From: Minisyncoccota bacterium
GTDB taxonomy: Bacteria; Patescibacteriota; Minisyncoccia; 2-02-FULL-40-12; GWA2-44-9
Assembly: GCA_030583765.1 (NCBI GenBank)
Contig: CP129474.1
Span: 137,709 to 201,708 of the forward strand
DNA: 64,000 nucleotides
Direction: 5' to 3'
Position 1 is the stretch's first letter. Each line of letters begins with the position of its first letter. The notes below the pieces were generated by a model, which was not told the DNA's origin, made no database searches, and was given only the letters and a program-made list of their open reading frames with translations. Both the position numbers and the translations under genes were made by a program. Positions 6,642-15,186 of the stretch are shown here, in pieces.

Positions 6642-7714
6642 ACTCCCAGCATAAGCTCTAACACCGCGAGCTCAAGGGGAAGTTGTGGAAGAGATGCGGT
6701 GCGCATGCGTGCGCGCGCATCGGTGAATGCCATAATGATACGAATGTGCTGTTCCGCTGTGCACGCCTTGCCATGCGCGGCGAGTATGGCGTGATCATGC
6801 ACCCCACCAACTCCCGCAAGGAGCGCTGGGTTGGCATGGGCGATCATCGCCGCACGCGCATATTCAAGAAAATCACGTGCGAAAATATCAAGGTTAATCC
6901 CCGCCTCTGTAATGCGTGCCAAAAATGCGAGTGCGCTGGCACGATCGTTCGCTACGAGATATCCAAAAAACTCTGGGTGCAGGGCGTGGGGCACGAGCCC
7001 GAGCGCGTCAGTTACCGTGGCAACATCTAGTGCCGGAACATCCATGCCATGCATCTTGGAGAGGAGTACCTCTGCGTCACGAAGCGCCCCGTCTGCCGCG
7101 GCGGCAATCACGTGAGCGGCATCAGGCTTCAACGGCATGTTTTCTTCTTTCGCAATGCGCAATAGTTTATCAGCTATCTCAGGAATCGTGAGGCGTCGGA
7201 GATCATAGCGCTGAACACGCGAGAGCACTGTTGCAGGAATCTTCTGCGGATCCGTTGTCGCAAAGAGAAACATCACATGCGAGGGCGGCTCTTCAAGCAC
7301 TTTAAGGAGCGCGTTAAACGCACCCGTAGTCACCATGTGCACTTCATCAATGAGGAAGATCTTTTTCTGCGCGCTTGAGGCGGCAACTGCCGCAGATTCT
7401 TTCAGCGCGCGAATTTCATCAACGCGGCCATGAGAAGCGCCGTCGATTTCGATCAAATCCATTGACGACCCGTTATCCACCGCAACGCAGTGCGGGCAGG
7501 TGTTGTCCGGCTCACCGTTCTTACCACGATTCTGGCACATCACCGCTTTTGCAAAGATGCGCGCAAGCGTTGTTTTCCCCGTACCACGGGGCCCTGTAAA
7601 GAGATATGCGTGCGCAATGCGCCCGCTCGTCAGCGCGCCCTTGAGCGTGCGCACAACGTGCTCCTGGCCGACAACATCAGCGAATGTATGCGGACGATGC
7701 GTACGATACAACAT
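6638..7714 (-). CDS. dnaX: DNA polymerase III subunit gamma/tau (short form, clamp-loader ATPase only)
   Basis: Walker A GPRGTGKTT, Zn module CxxC...C, DEVHM box and SRVQ sensor. At 358 aa it lacks tau C-terminal domains. Confidence 0.85.
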   Translation of the reverse strand: MLYRTHRPHTFADVVGQEHVVRTLKGALTSGRIAHAYLFTGPRGTGKTTLARIFAKAVMCQNRGKNGEPDNTCPHCVAVDNGSSMDLIEIDGASHGRVDEIRALKESAAVAASSAQKKIFLIDEVHMVTTGAFNALLKVLEEPPSHVMFLFATTDPQKIPATVLSRVQRYDLRRLTIPEIADKLLRIAKEENMPLKPDAAHVIAAAADGALRDAEVLLSKMHGMDVPALDVATVTDALGLVPHALHPEFFGYLVANDRASALAFLARITEAGINLDIFARDFLEYARAAMIAHANPALLAGVGGVHDHAILAAHGKACTAEQHIRIIMAFTDARARMRTASLPQLPLELAVLELMLGV

Positions 7715-7740
7715 AGAGGCACCTTACCAGAAAGGAAGCG

Positions 7741-8367
7741 TTAGGCAAAGACCACCTTGCGAAAGCCCGTAAAGCTCACCAAGAGCGCGAGCGCTGAGCC
7801 CGTCACAGCACCCACGCCAGCCCATGCGCGCAGAGAGAGATCAAACATGGGCCCAATGCCGTTTACCACCAACGAAGCGGCGCCAACATTCACGGCAAGC
7901 GCAACCAATGCCACGGTAGTAAAGCGGATAAAGTCACGGCGATTGAGGCCACGACCATGGTTCGAAAACACCCAAAGCGCATTCCACGTGTAGCTGTGCC
8001 CAAGCGCAATTACAAACGATGCCGTTTTAAAAAGAGAGAACCACCCACCCGAAGCAATGCCCGTTTGCGCGATGAGTAGATACATAATACCAAAATCAAC
8101 GGCGGCGTTCGTAAATCCAACAGCGACGAACTTTCCAAAATCAGCAAAAACGGGAGCGATATATTTCCCCAGAAGGTATCCTTTGATCACGCCCACAAGC
8201 CAGAGCATGGGGACAAGCACGATGAGCCACGCCCACGGAAACCCAAGATAGAATGGGATGCGAAACCAAGAGAGAATCTGCCACGCGATAGAACCGGTTG
8301 TGACACCGGTTATGAGGGCACCAAGGTAGTCGAGACGGGACAAGCTAGGCATTGGTTCGATAGCCAC
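7741..8367 (-). CDS. GtrA family membrane protein (tandem GtrA-like halves)
   Basis: FVAVGFTNAAVDFGIMYLL and a second similar segment; 208 aa. Start overlaps the upstream gene end, so the true start may be M at 8352. Confidence 0.55.
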   Translation of the reverse strand: MAIEPMPSLSRLDYLGALITGVTTGSIAWQILSWFRIPFYLGFPWAWLIVLVPMLWLVGVIKGYLLGKYIAPVFADFGKFVAVGFTNAAVDFGIMYLLIAQTGIASGGWFSLFKTASFVIALGHSYTWNALWVFSNHGRGLNRRDFIRFTTVALVALAVNVGAASLVVNGIGPMFDLSLRAWAGVGAVTGSALALLVSFTGFRKVVFA

Positions 8368-10774
8368 TCTTCAATTCTTCCTCTATCAATGCACGTGGGC
8401 GGCCGTGCGTCAAACGGGAAAGCTCCGCTAGCGCACTCACGAGGCGCTGATCCCCTGCTGGCTCACGAATGGTTTGGATAGAAAATGGGCGCGCACTTTG
8501 CCCTTCAATGAGCATACGCACGTGCGCATTGAAGTTGTCGATACTGGAGAGGTCTGCCGGCGTGAACACGGGCTCAAATTTATTCTTTAACGCTTCGGCG
8601 TCATCGGCACCGATGCGAAATGCGACCTGTGAGCCGACGTTGCCAAACACCGCATCGCGGATCGATTCTGGAATCTGCTTAATGTATTGGTGCGCAATGA
8701 TGAGATCAAGGCGATATTTTCGCGCCTCAGACAAAATGGTAGCAATGCTGTCCGTAGTAACATTTTGGAATTCATCGATGTAGAGATAGAAATCCTTGCG
8801 TTGGTCTTCAGGAAGATCGACGCGGCCAAGTGCCGCCAAGAGCAAGCGCGAGACGATCATCATGCCCAACAGGTTGGCGTTCATCTCCCCAATCCGGCCT
8901 TTGGAGAGGTTCACGATCAGAATTTTTTGTCCGTCCATGATGGCGCGGAAATCAAGCGCGCTTACCTTTTGTCCCACAATGGGACGCAGGTAATCGTTCG
9001 CCAAAAAGGGATTGAGCTTTGAGTTAATGTAAGGCGCCATGTTCGCAAGCGCAGCCTCACCGCCAGCTTTTTCTGCTTCAAGCTCCCAGAATGACTTCAC
9101 CAGCGGATTGTCTTCAAGCGCGAGCTTTTCACGGCGATAGTCTTCATCAACTAAAATGCGCGGAATATCCGCCATGGTGGGGATGAGGTGCCCAAGACCT
9201 TCTTTGGAGCCCTTCTCACGCACCGCTCGCTCATAAACGTCCATGACTAATAAAATCGCGTTCTTAAAGTACTGCTCAAACATGGGACCGAACGCCTCGG
9301 GAAGCGATTTATAGAGTGACTTAATAATTGCGAGTAGTTCATTAGAAAGAAACGTTTTCTGCTCTGGTTTTGTGGGGTCAAATTCAAGAATATTGAGACC
9401 AAGCGGACGATCTGTATCTCCTGGGTTGAAATAGATGACGTCATCAACGCGCTCTTTAGGCACAACCGAGAGTGCATATTCTGCAAAATCACCGTGAGGA
9501 TCGATGACGCACACGCCTTTTCCAGCACGGATGTCCTGCGCGATCATGTGCTTCATGAACGTTGTTTTACCGGTGCCCGTTTGCCCCACCACGTAGAGGT
9601 GCCGACGACGATCTGAATCAGTCATGCGCACGGGACGCTCCTGACCACGAAATACATTTGCACCAAGTACAATGCCTTGCTCGGGAAGATTCGTTGGCGG
9701 CTCCGCTGCTTTCACATGCGAAAATGCCACGCGCGCGGCCTGGCTGTGTTGGAGTGGGAAATGGTAGATGCTCGCAAGCTCTTCACTGGAAAGCTGCATG
9801 GCGTATGCATCATTAAACATGCGGAACGCATACTCATAGGCCAGCTTATCTTTACCTCGCGCACGTAAGCCAAGGGGTGCCAGCTCGTTTAAGTCCGGGC
9901 TCCCCAACTGTACAAAAGAAGACTCAATATCTTTGAGCATCGCATCCGCGCGATCTTGCGTTTCTGCGGATACGAGAATGCGCACGTTCGTATCAAAAAG
10001 TGGACGCGATGCCTTACTTTGGAGCGCCTTAATAACGTCGTCCTCAAATGCAGTTGCGGGTTTTGCCGATTCGTCTTGTTCCTGCTTCTTACTGGAACGT
10101 ACGCGTGCGAATGCCTCCTTAAATGGACTTCCCTTCTGCATCTCTTGCGCAACCCGTTGTGCAAGAGAACGAACACTCTCTTTATGTGAAGGACGAATGA
10201 GTATCTGAATGGCGGCACCTTCGCCTTCTTTTTCTAACTTGGACAGCGCGGAAATAATGCCCCCGAGCGGATCGCTTTCAAGGCGCGCATAGGTGCGGAA
10301 CGGGAGAATTGCCTCTTTTTTCTGTGAAAGATATGAGCCGGCGAACACGCCCGACGGGTGGAAGATGGTGTACTCGGGAGACTGCACCACTTCGGCGCTT
10401 GGATAGAGACCGTGCACCTGTTTTACAAACACCGCTTCGTAATTCTTAGGGACGGCGCAGTAAAAGAAGATGTCTTCTCCCTTGTGATGGACTGCCATCT
10501 CAAGCGCAATGTAGGGCTCTCCGTATACAAATTTATTCCAACCACGCGCATGGATGCTGGTAATGGACGTGAAGAGCTGTTCCATCACCGCAATAAGTTC
10601 GCGGTCTGACTTCTGTGACGATTGCGCTTCACGGGGCAACGTGACGCGGTAGAGCGACATGTCCATGCCGCGCATGATGCGTCCACGGGCCCGCAGAGAA
10701 CCAAAAAACACGAGCGCGGCGGCCGCCGTGAGGATAAACACCGCACCGTAGGCAATAAGGAAAATACCTGACAC
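8345..10774 (-). CDS. VirD4/TraG/TraD-like type IV coupling protein ATPase with fused N-terminal membrane module
   Basis: N-terminal TM. Walker A YVVGQTGTGKTT followed by IDPHGD. Walker B/TraG-D_C-like LYIDEFQN...RKYRLDLIIAHQYIKQIP...FGNVGSQVAFRIGADDAE. Paralog of 47864..49510 plus 49533..50843. Confidence 0.7.
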   Translation of the reverse strand: MSGIFLIAYGAVFILTAAAALVFFGSLRARGRIMRGMDMSLYRVTLPREAQSSQKSDRELIAVMEQLFTSITSIHARGWNKFVYGEPYIALEMAVHHKGEDIFFYCAVPKNYEAVFVKQVHGLYPSAEVVQSPEYTIFHPSGVFAGSYLSQKKEAILPFRTYARLESDPLGGIISALSKLEKEGEGAAIQILIRPSHKESVRSLAQRVAQEMQKGSPFKEAFARVRSSKKQEQDESAKPATAFEDDVIKALQSKASRPLFDTNVRILVSAETQDRADAMLKDIESSFVQLGSPDLNELAPLGLRARGKDKLAYEYAFRMFNDAYAMQLSSEELASIYHFPLQHSQAARVAFSHVKAAEPPTNLPEQGIVLGANVFRGQERPVRMTDSDRRRHLYVVGQTGTGKTTFMKHMIAQDIRAGKGVCVIDPHGDFAEYALSVVPKERVDDVIYFNPGDTDRPLGLNILEFDPTKPEQKTFLSNELLAIIKSLYKSLPEAFGPMFEQYFKNAILLVMDVYERAVREKGSKEGLGHLIPTMADIPRILVDEDYRREKLALEDNPLVKSFWELEAEKAGGEAALANMAPYINSKLNPFLANDYLRPIVGQKVSALDFRAIMDGQKILIVNLSKGRIGEMNANLLGMMIVSRLLLAALGRVDLPEDQRKDFYLYIDEFQNVTTDSIATILSEARKYRLDLIIAHQYIKQIPESIRDAVFGNVGSQVAFRIGADDAEALKNKFEPVFTPADLSSIDNFNAHVRMLIEGQSARPFSIQTIREPAGDQRLVSALAELSRLTHGRPRALIEEELKSGYRTNA

Positions 10775-10777
10775 GAA

Positions 10778-11278
10778 TTAGAGTGCTTTTACAAAACCTC
10801 GCTGGAGCATTTCCTTCCAGTACACGTCCGCGAGCGCATCGTGGAGGGCGTCAATGATCGCAGGGTTGTTCGTCTCGCGCGCCGCAGCAACTGCTACATC
10901 GAGCCCCTGAGAGAGCGCTGTTTGCACGAGCGACTGCACCTGCAAGGCCTGTTCGTCGTTGAGTGGCACCGCTGGGCCGTGCGCTGGCGTGGAAACGGGT
11001 GCTGGCGCACCAACAATCTGCTCACGCACCACTTCACGTAATGTTGCGTGGTCATCCTGATGCTCTGCCGTGCTCTGCTCTGCGACGCTATCACGCGTAG
11101 CACGCTTCTTGGCAAGCTCCCCTTCAAGACGGCGAATGTCTTGCTCGAGTTGAACGTGTGTTTCTTCACTCATACGAAGCATAGTATAGCACACTTTCCA
11201 CTTGTCCAAGCGCAGCTCCTGCGCATAATGTGCTATATTTGATGCATATGCATCTCCATCGAATCGCGCTCGGCGCAC
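10778..11278 (-). CDS. Hypothetical protein (coiled-coil, acidic)
   Basis: ORF co-directional with and immediately upstream of the coupling-protein gene. Annotated start overlaps the divergent gene at 11230; a more likely start is M at 11182 or 11173. Confidence 0.45.
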   Translation of the reverse strand: MRRARFDGDAYASNIAHYAQELRLDKWKVCYTMLRMSEETHVQLEQDIRRLEGELAKKRATRDSVAEQSTAEHQDDHATLREVVREQIVGAPAPVSTPAHGPAVPLNDEQALQVQSLVQTALSQGLDVAVAAARETNNPAIIDALHDALADVYWKEMLQRGFVKAL

Positions 11279-12678
11279 TCATCCTTGGTACGCTTGTTGT
11301 TTCGCTGTTTAACATCGGAGGCATGCCCGCGGGAATCTCAAGTAGCGAAGCACAGCACGCTATTCGCGTCCTTTCTGAACCGCATAGCGGTGTCTATGGC
11401 GTCCTGCAAAACGTCTCGGTGCGAGCATTTGGCCCAACGCCGTGGGCAGCACGCATTCCATCGCTCCTCTTTGGCATGGGATCAGTAGCGGGTCTCTACT
11501 TTTTAGCTCGACGACTGTTCTCATGGGAAATCGCCTCTCTCGCCAGCATTTTATATGCGGGTTCGTTTTGGTACTTCCTCATCTCACGCTCCGCATTACC
11601 GGAGGCAAGCTTGGCGTTCTTTGCAACATGGGGGCTCTATGCGCTATGGATGGCACTCGCGACGCACACTCAAGGAACTTTTGCTTCAGCAGCAATTATC
11701 TGGGCGGCCGCACTCTCCACGCATACACTATCGCGTCCACTGCTTCTTGCGGGGGCAATTACCGCAGCGGCATATCTGCACATGACTCGCGTGCACACGC
11801 AAGACGCAGCCGCGCAGCGTGCACATAACTCTCTGCGCAACGGCCTTATTCTTTTTGGCATCGTCGCACTCTTGCTCGTTTCCTACTTTGGCGCACAGAA
11901 TATTCTCCCCACGCCCGCAGGGACCACGCTCGTTGCAAACTGGAGTGAGGGCATTCGTACTGCCCTTGCGCGCTTATTTATGCCCACTATCAGCCAGTGG
12001 CAGAATGGCATTGTAGGGAGTTCGCTCGTGTTTTGGCCGGTTGCCGCGCTCGCGCTCATCGGGCTTTTGCGTAACATCATCAAAATCCTCAAAGAGTTGC
12101 GCGAGAGTAGCCACGTATCCCCAACGCACACACTGTTGGTTTCGTGGTTCTTCTGCGGGCTGGTTGGCGGCGCCCTCATCGATGACCCGCGCGTTACCAT
12201 GCGCCTTGCCGGTATCGCACCCGTTGTCTTTCTCTTTGCTGGCCAGGCACTGTGGTGGCTCATGGATCGCCTTGCCGACTGGTACCATAATAATCACCCG
12301 CATGATTTAAATATTCGCTTGCCACATGGGAGCATGCATGTACAAGAAGGGGCCCTCACCGCGGTTATGGTTGCGCTCACCTTTGTGCTTGCGATGGGGA
12401 TTGCAGAAACTGTCCGTGCTCATGTGATTTGGGGCACGAATCCTGATGTACGTGAAGCATATCGCGCCGATGACGTTGCTATGCTCAAGCGCATCCGCGA
12501 GCATGGCGGACCAGTGATTATCATTGCGCGCACAACCGCGCAGAGCGCACCGCTTCGCTATCTCACCCAAACCTTCACCGAAGAGCAACAGCAGATTAAA
12601 AACATTTTGTACCTCTCACCAGAGCAATATAGCAGAGTTCGCATTTCTCGTGACGCACTTGTACTCGTACTTCCGTAG
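11230..12678 (+). CDS. Glycosyltransferase family 39 (ArnT/PMT-like) membrane protein
   Basis: 482 aa, multi-TM N-terminal region with periplasmic loops typical of GT-C glycosyltransferases; start may be a downstream Met. Confidence 0.65.
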   Translation: MLYLMHMHLHRIALGALILGTLVVSLFNIGGMPAGISSSEAQHAIRVLSEPHSGVYGVLQNVSVRAFGPTPWAARIPSLLFGMGSVAGLYFLARRLFSWEIASLASILYAGSFWYFLISRSALPEASLAFFATWGLYALWMALATHTQGTFASAAIIWAAALSTHTLSRPLLLAGAITAAAYLHMTRVHTQDAAAQRAHNSLRNGLILFGIVALLLVSYFGAQNILPTPAGTTLVANWSEGIRTALARLFMPTISQWQNGIVGSSLVFWPVAALALIGLLRNIIKILKELRESSHVSPTHTLLVSWFFCGLVGGALIDDPRVTMRLAGIAPVVFLFAGQALWWLMDRLADWYHNNHPHDLNIRLPHGSMHVQEGALTAVMVALTFVLAMGIAETVRAHVIWGTNPDVREAYRADDVAMLKRIREHGGPVIIIARTTAQSAPLRYLTQTFTEEQQQIKNILYLSPEQYSRVRISRDALVLVLP

Positions 12679-12694
12679 GACGGTATAAAAAGAA

Positions 12695-13010
12695 GAAGCC
12701 CCCGCAGCATGAAGCTTTGGGGGCAGGGCCATAGGCCCGTATGAGGAAAGCTGGATGCCTTTGGAGGTAAGGCCCGTACCAGCCTGCGAGTACCCACGTT
12801 CGGGAACCCGCAAACTCTTTTTTTTATCACTATCGCCTACCTCCTAGAAGCAATACCACCGCTGCAGCGGCTTGGCTTCTAAGGCGACCCTGCTGGCGCC
12901 CTCCCTAAGCTGGAGTGGCCAGACCCGGAAAAAACAAGGAATACTGCTTCTTTGCTTTTTCCGAGCCTTGCGGCCCGGTTTGTTTAATAAAGAACTAGGA
13001 GGCTTTCCTT
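12695..13010 (+). ncRNA. rnpB: Candidate RNase P RNA (rnpB), reduced form; strand assignment uncertain
   Basis: Plus strand starts GAAGAAGCC, as E. coli M1 starts GAAGCUGACC. P3-like hairpin GCCCCC...GGGGGC, then GAGGAAAG (CR-I), GGUAAGGCC, ACCCACG...GCAAAC, CACCGCUGCAGCGGCUUGG (P12-like) and 3' GGCCCGGUUUGU (P4 3' strand). Ends GGCUUUCCUU, able to pair with the 5' end (P1). A TATAAA -10 lies 7 nt upstream. Caveat: the minus strand carries a near-consensus promoter (TTGACT-16-TATAAT at 13011-13038) and a hairpin plus U-tract near 12700-12735. Confidence 0.35.
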
Positions 13011-13056
13011 ATTATAGCATACCCACAAAAGGAGTCAATACCCGCCAAATAGGCCG

Positions 13057-13872
13057 TTATTGGGCCTTTTTCTTCACGTACACCCGCCCTGGAATACGCA
13101 TATCGAGATACATATAGGCACTCACGGTGCTCGGCGTGTCGCGGAGAAACACAGCTAGTACGGTCATTTGTTTTTGTACATCATCCTCAAGGCTGAAGCG
13201 GAGCTCGCTCTCCCCAGCTACAGAGACGCGCAATTCTGGAAGAGCTGTCTCGGGCAAATCCCAAGTGAGCGGCTCAATGCGCATGGCACGTAATTGCGGG
13301 CGTATCGTGCTTATCGTATAGAGAATCGTGGCGTCACTCTGCGGCCATCGCACGCCATTTCGCATATCTCGAACGACGGGAAGGTCGTGTGGCAAAGTGT
13401 TCTCCAGAGCATCCCAGCGAGCACCTGATGCATCCGTCAGCTGGCACGCCGCCCCCTCACACCACTGCGCGACAGGGGTACGCTCACGTACAGAAAAAGC
13501 AATCGTGTGCGGAAAACGCTTATCAGTGGTAACACTCTCAAGTATCGGAAACTCTGCTTCAAGAGACTGCGCTATGCGCTCAGGGCGCGCGGGAATCATG
13601 TAGTGGTCACGAGCATACCCCCACGTACGCTGATCACGTGCCGCGTGAATGTGTGCCAACAATAGCTCGCTATCGAGCACCTGAGTGCCCTCCACGACAA
13701 TTGCACGCACTGAAAGCCATGGAGAGAAAAAGCAGGCGTATATACCGCCACCCACAGCAATCACCACCAGGGTCGCAAGACTCCAGCGCACTATGCGCTC
13801 GCGACGCTCCCTCCGACGTGCAAATCGGTCCGACGCACGCACGGACGTTGATGCAAGGGGACGTACTGGCAT
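13057..13872 (-). CDS. ftsQ: Cell division protein FtsQ/DivIB-like (POTRA domain)
   Basis: Single N-terminal TM after a basic stretch, then a POTRA-like region. Start chosen at ATG 13870-13872, 1 nt after the serS stop; the longer ORF start overlaps serS. Confidence 0.55.
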   Translation of the reverse strand: MPVRPLASTSVRASDRFARRRERRERIVRWSLATLVVIAVGGGIYACFFSPWLSVRAIVVEGTQVLDSELLLAHIHAARDQRTWGYARDHYMIPARPERIAQSLEAEFPILESVTTDKRFPHTIAFSVRERTPVAQWCEGAACQLTDASGARWDALENTLPHDLPVVRDMRNGVRWPQSDATILYTISTIRPQLRAMRIEPLTWDLPETALPELRVSVAGESELRFSLEDDVQKQMTVLAVFLRDTPSTVSAYMYLDMRIPGRVYVKKKAQ

Positions 13873-13873
13873 A

Positions 13874-15181
13874 TTAAACGATTTCCTTTTTACCTCCCAT
13901 AAACGGCTGAAGCACGGCAGGAATGCGCACTGTTCCAGACTCCGTTTGGTAGTTTTCAATGATAGCGATCAAGATGCGTCCAATGGCGAATGCGGTAGCG
14001 TCGTTCGTGTGCGCGAGCACCAGTGAGCCATCTGCGCGTCGAATTTTTGTGTTCAAACGACGCGTTTGATAATCGGTCATCAGGTCAGCGGTGTGTGTTT
14101 CGCGATATTTCCCCTGCGTTGGAATCCACGTTTCGATATCAATCTGGCGAGCATCAGGCTTCCCCATGTCTCCCGTACACACGGCAACAACTTGGTAGGG
14201 TAGCTCAAGCCCTTGGAGTAGCTTCTCTTGGATGGCAACGATAAAATCTTGTTCCGCGCGCGAGTGCTCCGGTGCCGTAAATGATTCCATTTCCAACTTA
14301 TCAAATTGGTGCACGCGGAGAATGCCTTTTGTATCTTTTCCATACGAACCTGCCTCGCGACGGAAGCTCGTAGAAAAACCAATATACCGCACAGGCATAT
14401 CTTTTTCTTCAATGATCTCATCCATGTGCAGCGAGCCCAGTGTGTGCTCCGCACTTCCCACGAGATAGAGGTCATCGCTCGGGATATAGTAGCGCTCGTC
14501 TTTATCTTCTGGGCTCAAGCGTGCCATGCGCGTAAATGTTTCAGGACGGATCATCACCGGAGGTACAACCGGAACGAATGGCTTTGCTGAAACGTCGGGA
14601 CCAGTTGAGGCGGCGAGCCGCTGCATTTCTTCTGGAGATGTCAGGAGCTGCATCACGTACTGCACAATTGCAAACTCCAAGAGTGCGCCGTCACCCTTTA
14701 AATATGCGAAACGTGCACCAGTTACTTTTGCCGCCCGCTCAGTATCGATAATGCCGAGTGATTCACCGAGTTCGATGTGGTCTTTCGGCTCAAATGGAAA
14801 AGCTGCAGGAGTCCCCCATGTGCGCATCACCACGTTACCTGATTCATCTGGGCCAACGGGCACGTCTTCAGCGGGAACGTTGGGCACGGCGTGGAGTAGT
14901 GGGGTGAGCTCTTGCACGATCGCTTCGTGGCGCGCTTCAAGAGCCGCCACTTCTTCTTTCATGCGCTTGCCTGCTTCGATCACTTCGGGCGATGGCTTAC
15001 CATCTGTTGCTTGCTTTGCAAGTTCATTGCGCTGACGGTTTACTTCGCCAATCTGGGTTTGTATAGCACGCGCCTCGGTATCGAGGCGAAGTATTCCATC
15101 TATATCAACGGTTACACGCTTTGCCTGTGCTGCTGCGCGAACACGATCTACATTCTCTCTAATAAAATGGATGTCGAGCAT
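13874..15181 (-). CDS. serS: Seryl-tRNA synthetase
   Basis: N-terminal coiled-coil arm plus class II core motifs; 435 aa. Confidence 0.9.
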   Translation of the reverse strand: MLDIHFIRENVDRVRAAAQAKRVTVDIDGILRLDTEARAIQTQIGEVNRQRNELAKQATDGKPSPEVIEAGKRMKEEVAALEARHEAIVQELTPLLHAVPNVPAEDVPVGPDESGNVVMRTWGTPAAFPFEPKDHIELGESLGIIDTERAAKVTGARFAYLKGDGALLEFAIVQYVMQLLTSPEEMQRLAASTGPDVSAKPFVPVVPPVMIRPETFTRMARLSPEDKDERYYIPSDDLYLVGSAEHTLGSLHMDEIIEEKDMPVRYIGFSTSFRREAGSYGKDTKGILRVHQFDKLEMESFTAPEHSRAEQDFIVAIQEKLLQGLELPYQVVAVCTGDMGKPDARQIDIETWIPTQGKYRETHTADLMTDYQTRRLNTKIRRADGSLVLAHTNDATAFAIGRILIAIIENYQTESGTVRIPAVLQPFMGGKKEIV

Positions 15182-15186
15182 AGCGG

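Noticed and set aside
12696-13038. Minus-strand near-consensus promoter (TTGACT-16-TATAAT) plus hairpin/U-tract, suggesting the ncRNA is transcribed on the minus strand
   Set aside because: Not fully rejected. Plus-strand collinearity with RNase P RNA (GAGGAAAG, ACCCACG...GCAAAC, P4 pairing) was judged stronger, so the feature is listed as + with an explicit caveat; an antisense transcript remains possible.
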